NCBI GenBank assembly: GCA_027604505.1
Contig: JADIIX010000017.1
Location: forward strand, 124,001 to 188,000
Direction: 5' to 3'
Length of the DNA stretch: 64,000 bases
Source: Gonapodya sp. JEL0774
Lineage: Eukaryota
The stretch's first letter is position 1; the number at the start of each line of letters is the position of its first letter. Below are positions 61,674 to 64,000 of this stretch, piece by piece. Made by a program: the position numbers and the translations under genes. The notes under the pieces are model-generated. The model ran no database searches. It worked only from the letters and a program-made list of their open reading frames with translations, and was not told the DNA's origin.

Positions 61674-61989
61674 AACTAAACTACGGATGGTTTTGGAGCC
61701 GAGAGCTTGGTGGGAAGAGTACATTGTGAATCGATACGCTGAAGCAGGGGTCGCGAACAGTGGATGTCAACTCGAACAAACAACTGTTACCCAGCAACAA
61801 TACCTTGAACGTTGTTCTTCTTCTGCAACCACCAACCAATATTTAGAAATCAATTTACGTTACCTTGTACACGCTTGCACGAAACACACCATACACAATA
61901 GTTCTTTGAGAATTGATTCCACAGTGAAAAAAAGTCCATTCACATTCAAGAGGGCTCTCGTAACATTGAACACTAATTTTCACATGAAG

Positions 61990-63513
61990 TTAAGATCTCT
62001 TCCCGCTAATAGAGCCCGTTATCCACCTCCAAACACCACCGACCTCACCCCTCTCTGTCCGATTTGATTCTTTCGGCGTTACTACGGGTTGCTCAGAGAT
62101 CCCGAGCCACTCGAACCACGTCCGCTCATGAGGCACTGGAGGAGGACTTTCCACAACCTCCGCCTCTTTAACCACTTCCTGCCCCGTTACACTCCTCACC
62201 CAATCTGTAACATTTTGTGCTGCTTCTGTCCACCCGCCCTTTGCTGTTTCAGCGACCTGTTTTGCTGCATCGACCAGTTCAGGAGGAGGGGGTGGTAGTG
62301 GTTGTCCCGCAAACTGACCAACGATGAAATCACGGGCGGATGTTGCGGCGTTGGTTATGCGGGTCAGGGGGTCGGGTTCGGGGGGTTGAGTTGCAGACGT
62401 GGTGGCAGAAGGGGGTTTTGTGAGTGGGACACGCACAGGTGGAGATGAGGGTGAGCTGTCAAACGAGAACAAGCCTACAATTACGTTCAGATTGAGAGGT
62501 TTCAATTCAATGACGGCATTGTATGGTAGGGTTGTTCGCGATGCTCACCGCGGCGTCGGGACCTTTCATCCTTTGTTGGAGGTGCGGGTCGGTGGTCTTC
62601 TACCACTACACGTTCAGACGGCAGACCTTGGCCAGGGACGTCAACGTAGAGGTAGAACGGAGTCCAGTGGACTCCTGAGGGGTCCTGGCGAAAGGTGTTG
62701 CTGCTGAATATGGTGCCCCGCACTAAGCTGTTGTGCCAGAACTCACCAGTACCATCTCTCCATTAACTGTTCCGGTGCTCTTTGCCCCTTGGATGTAAAA
62801 GCGAACAATCATCTTCTGCTGGCCTGTGACAGGGTCTTGCACAATGTGATGACTGGAAGATTGCAGACGGAGCAAATTCGTCAGGCAGGTATAGTGGTAA
62901 TGCAATTTCAGTCGTGCAGCTCCGCGGAACTCACTTGACAGTCTTGACAGTCCGCGCTCGACTGCTTTGATCCACGGTACCCCGAATCGGAGTCCCAACA
63001 AGTTCTCCGACTCGCTCGTGTTCCTTCACGCGCTCAAGAAGCTCCCTGAATACCGTGGTCGAAGATGTATCCCCAAGTAGCTCGGAGCCCACGGTATACA
63101 TAAGGTATCCTTTGGAGGCAAGTCAAAGGATTCACAGTCACGAATTCAAAGTCTGCCCACAGCTGTTACGAACCAAACACCGCCACGCCTCCCACCACTA
63201 TGCCCGTGTTGAGAATCCATCGCGAGCTGCCCTGAATCCCGGCTTTGAGTCGGTTGAACAAGGTAGGTCGACTGAAGCGATCAACGTCAGCAAACGAAGA
63301 TGCCCAACGCCTGTCCGAGCGATGTTTTTGGGATCTCTGATGTGTCTCGTGTGGATACACGCCAGTACGAAGTTCCACGGGCTTCAAAGAAGGGGGCTTG
63401 CAGGAACAAGTCAAAGAACGACTTGTGTCCCACTTCCGTGAGAGAGTGACAGACTGACGAAGTCGCGGAAGTGAGGCTTCGAAGAGCGTATGATGGATTC
63501 GCGGGGATCGCAT
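61990..63513 (-). CDS. TIM21: Mitochondrial inner-membrane translocase subunit Tim21 with C-terminal extension; multi-exon
   Basis: Arg/Ser-rich presequence; single TM TGIVVGGVAVFG..YTVGSEL; TTVFRELLERVK; DPVTGQQKMIVRFYIQGAKSTGTVNGEM; FYLYVDVPG. Confidence 0.8.
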
Positions 63514-63682
63514 CTTTCAAAAAACTGAATTTCACGAAAATATACAGAATTTGAAGAGAGTTGGGCAGTTGGTTTGTGGGAGTGTTCCCAACACAGGCTA
63601 AACGGCCAAATTCAGCCAGGAGCACCGGAAGCTCTCCCAATTTAACCCCAACGATTTCCGAGAACAGACCATCAACGGTTCA

Positions 63683-64000
63683 ATGTCAGTCCCCTCCATC
63701 CAAGAGACTGCTCGCTCAAAGATTCCAGGTTCTCCTGGCATCTCTACTCCGCACCATTTCGATGCAGACACCGCCGTCAAGTCCGTTTCCGGTCGCCCGG
63801 GGTGGTACGAATGCTCCCTCCACCCGAGATGGCAGAACAATAACGGTGAGTTGTCCCTTCGCATGTCTCGCTGTACTTCGCACACTGAAGTTTTCTTTCA
63901 GGAACTGTCTTTGGGGGCTACATAATCCCCATCGTGTTACGAGCGATTGGGGCAGAGCTCGCCCCTTACGGATTCGATAAAGCTGTGTCCTGTTATCTAC
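63683..64000 (+). CDS. 5' exon of a probable second hotdog thioesterase-family gene, truncated by the window end
   Basis: HFDADTAVKSVSGRPGWYECSLHPRWQ followed by a GTGAGT donor; resembles the N-terminus of TesB-like thioesterases and of the 23304 gene. Confidence 0.55.

Overview
Eukaryotic, intron-rich (GT-AG), gene-dense genomic DNA, most consistent with a zoosporic (flagellated, chytrid-grade) fungus. It combines fungal-type genes (verprolin, Jsn1/Puf1-like, OPT, zincless Fpg, TIM21) with genes typical of ciliated or early-diverging opisthokonts (FAM92/CIBAR, a DNAAF8/Daap1-like NDK-fold protein, FANCL, ERI2 with a GRF zinc finger). About 22 spliced or single-exon genes were traced by hand, so spans include introns and ends are approximate. 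Non-routine parts: (1) a CpG-eroded spliced pseudogene at ~17.7-22.9 kb interrupted by a 516-bp hAT-like MITE; (2) an intronless orphan membrane protein with 33-bp and ~117-bp coding repeats; (3) an actinobacterial-like alpha/beta hydrolase with introns and a C-terminal KANL; (4) a head-to-head pair of orphan helical proteins at 40.6-44.5 kb, one fusing an AMPK-beta-type carbohydrate-binding module to a Gly/Ala hydrophobic hairpin. No rRNA, tRNA or CRISPR array was seen. A 10-N assembly gap lies at 35690-35699. All family calls come from motif recognition, not database searches.
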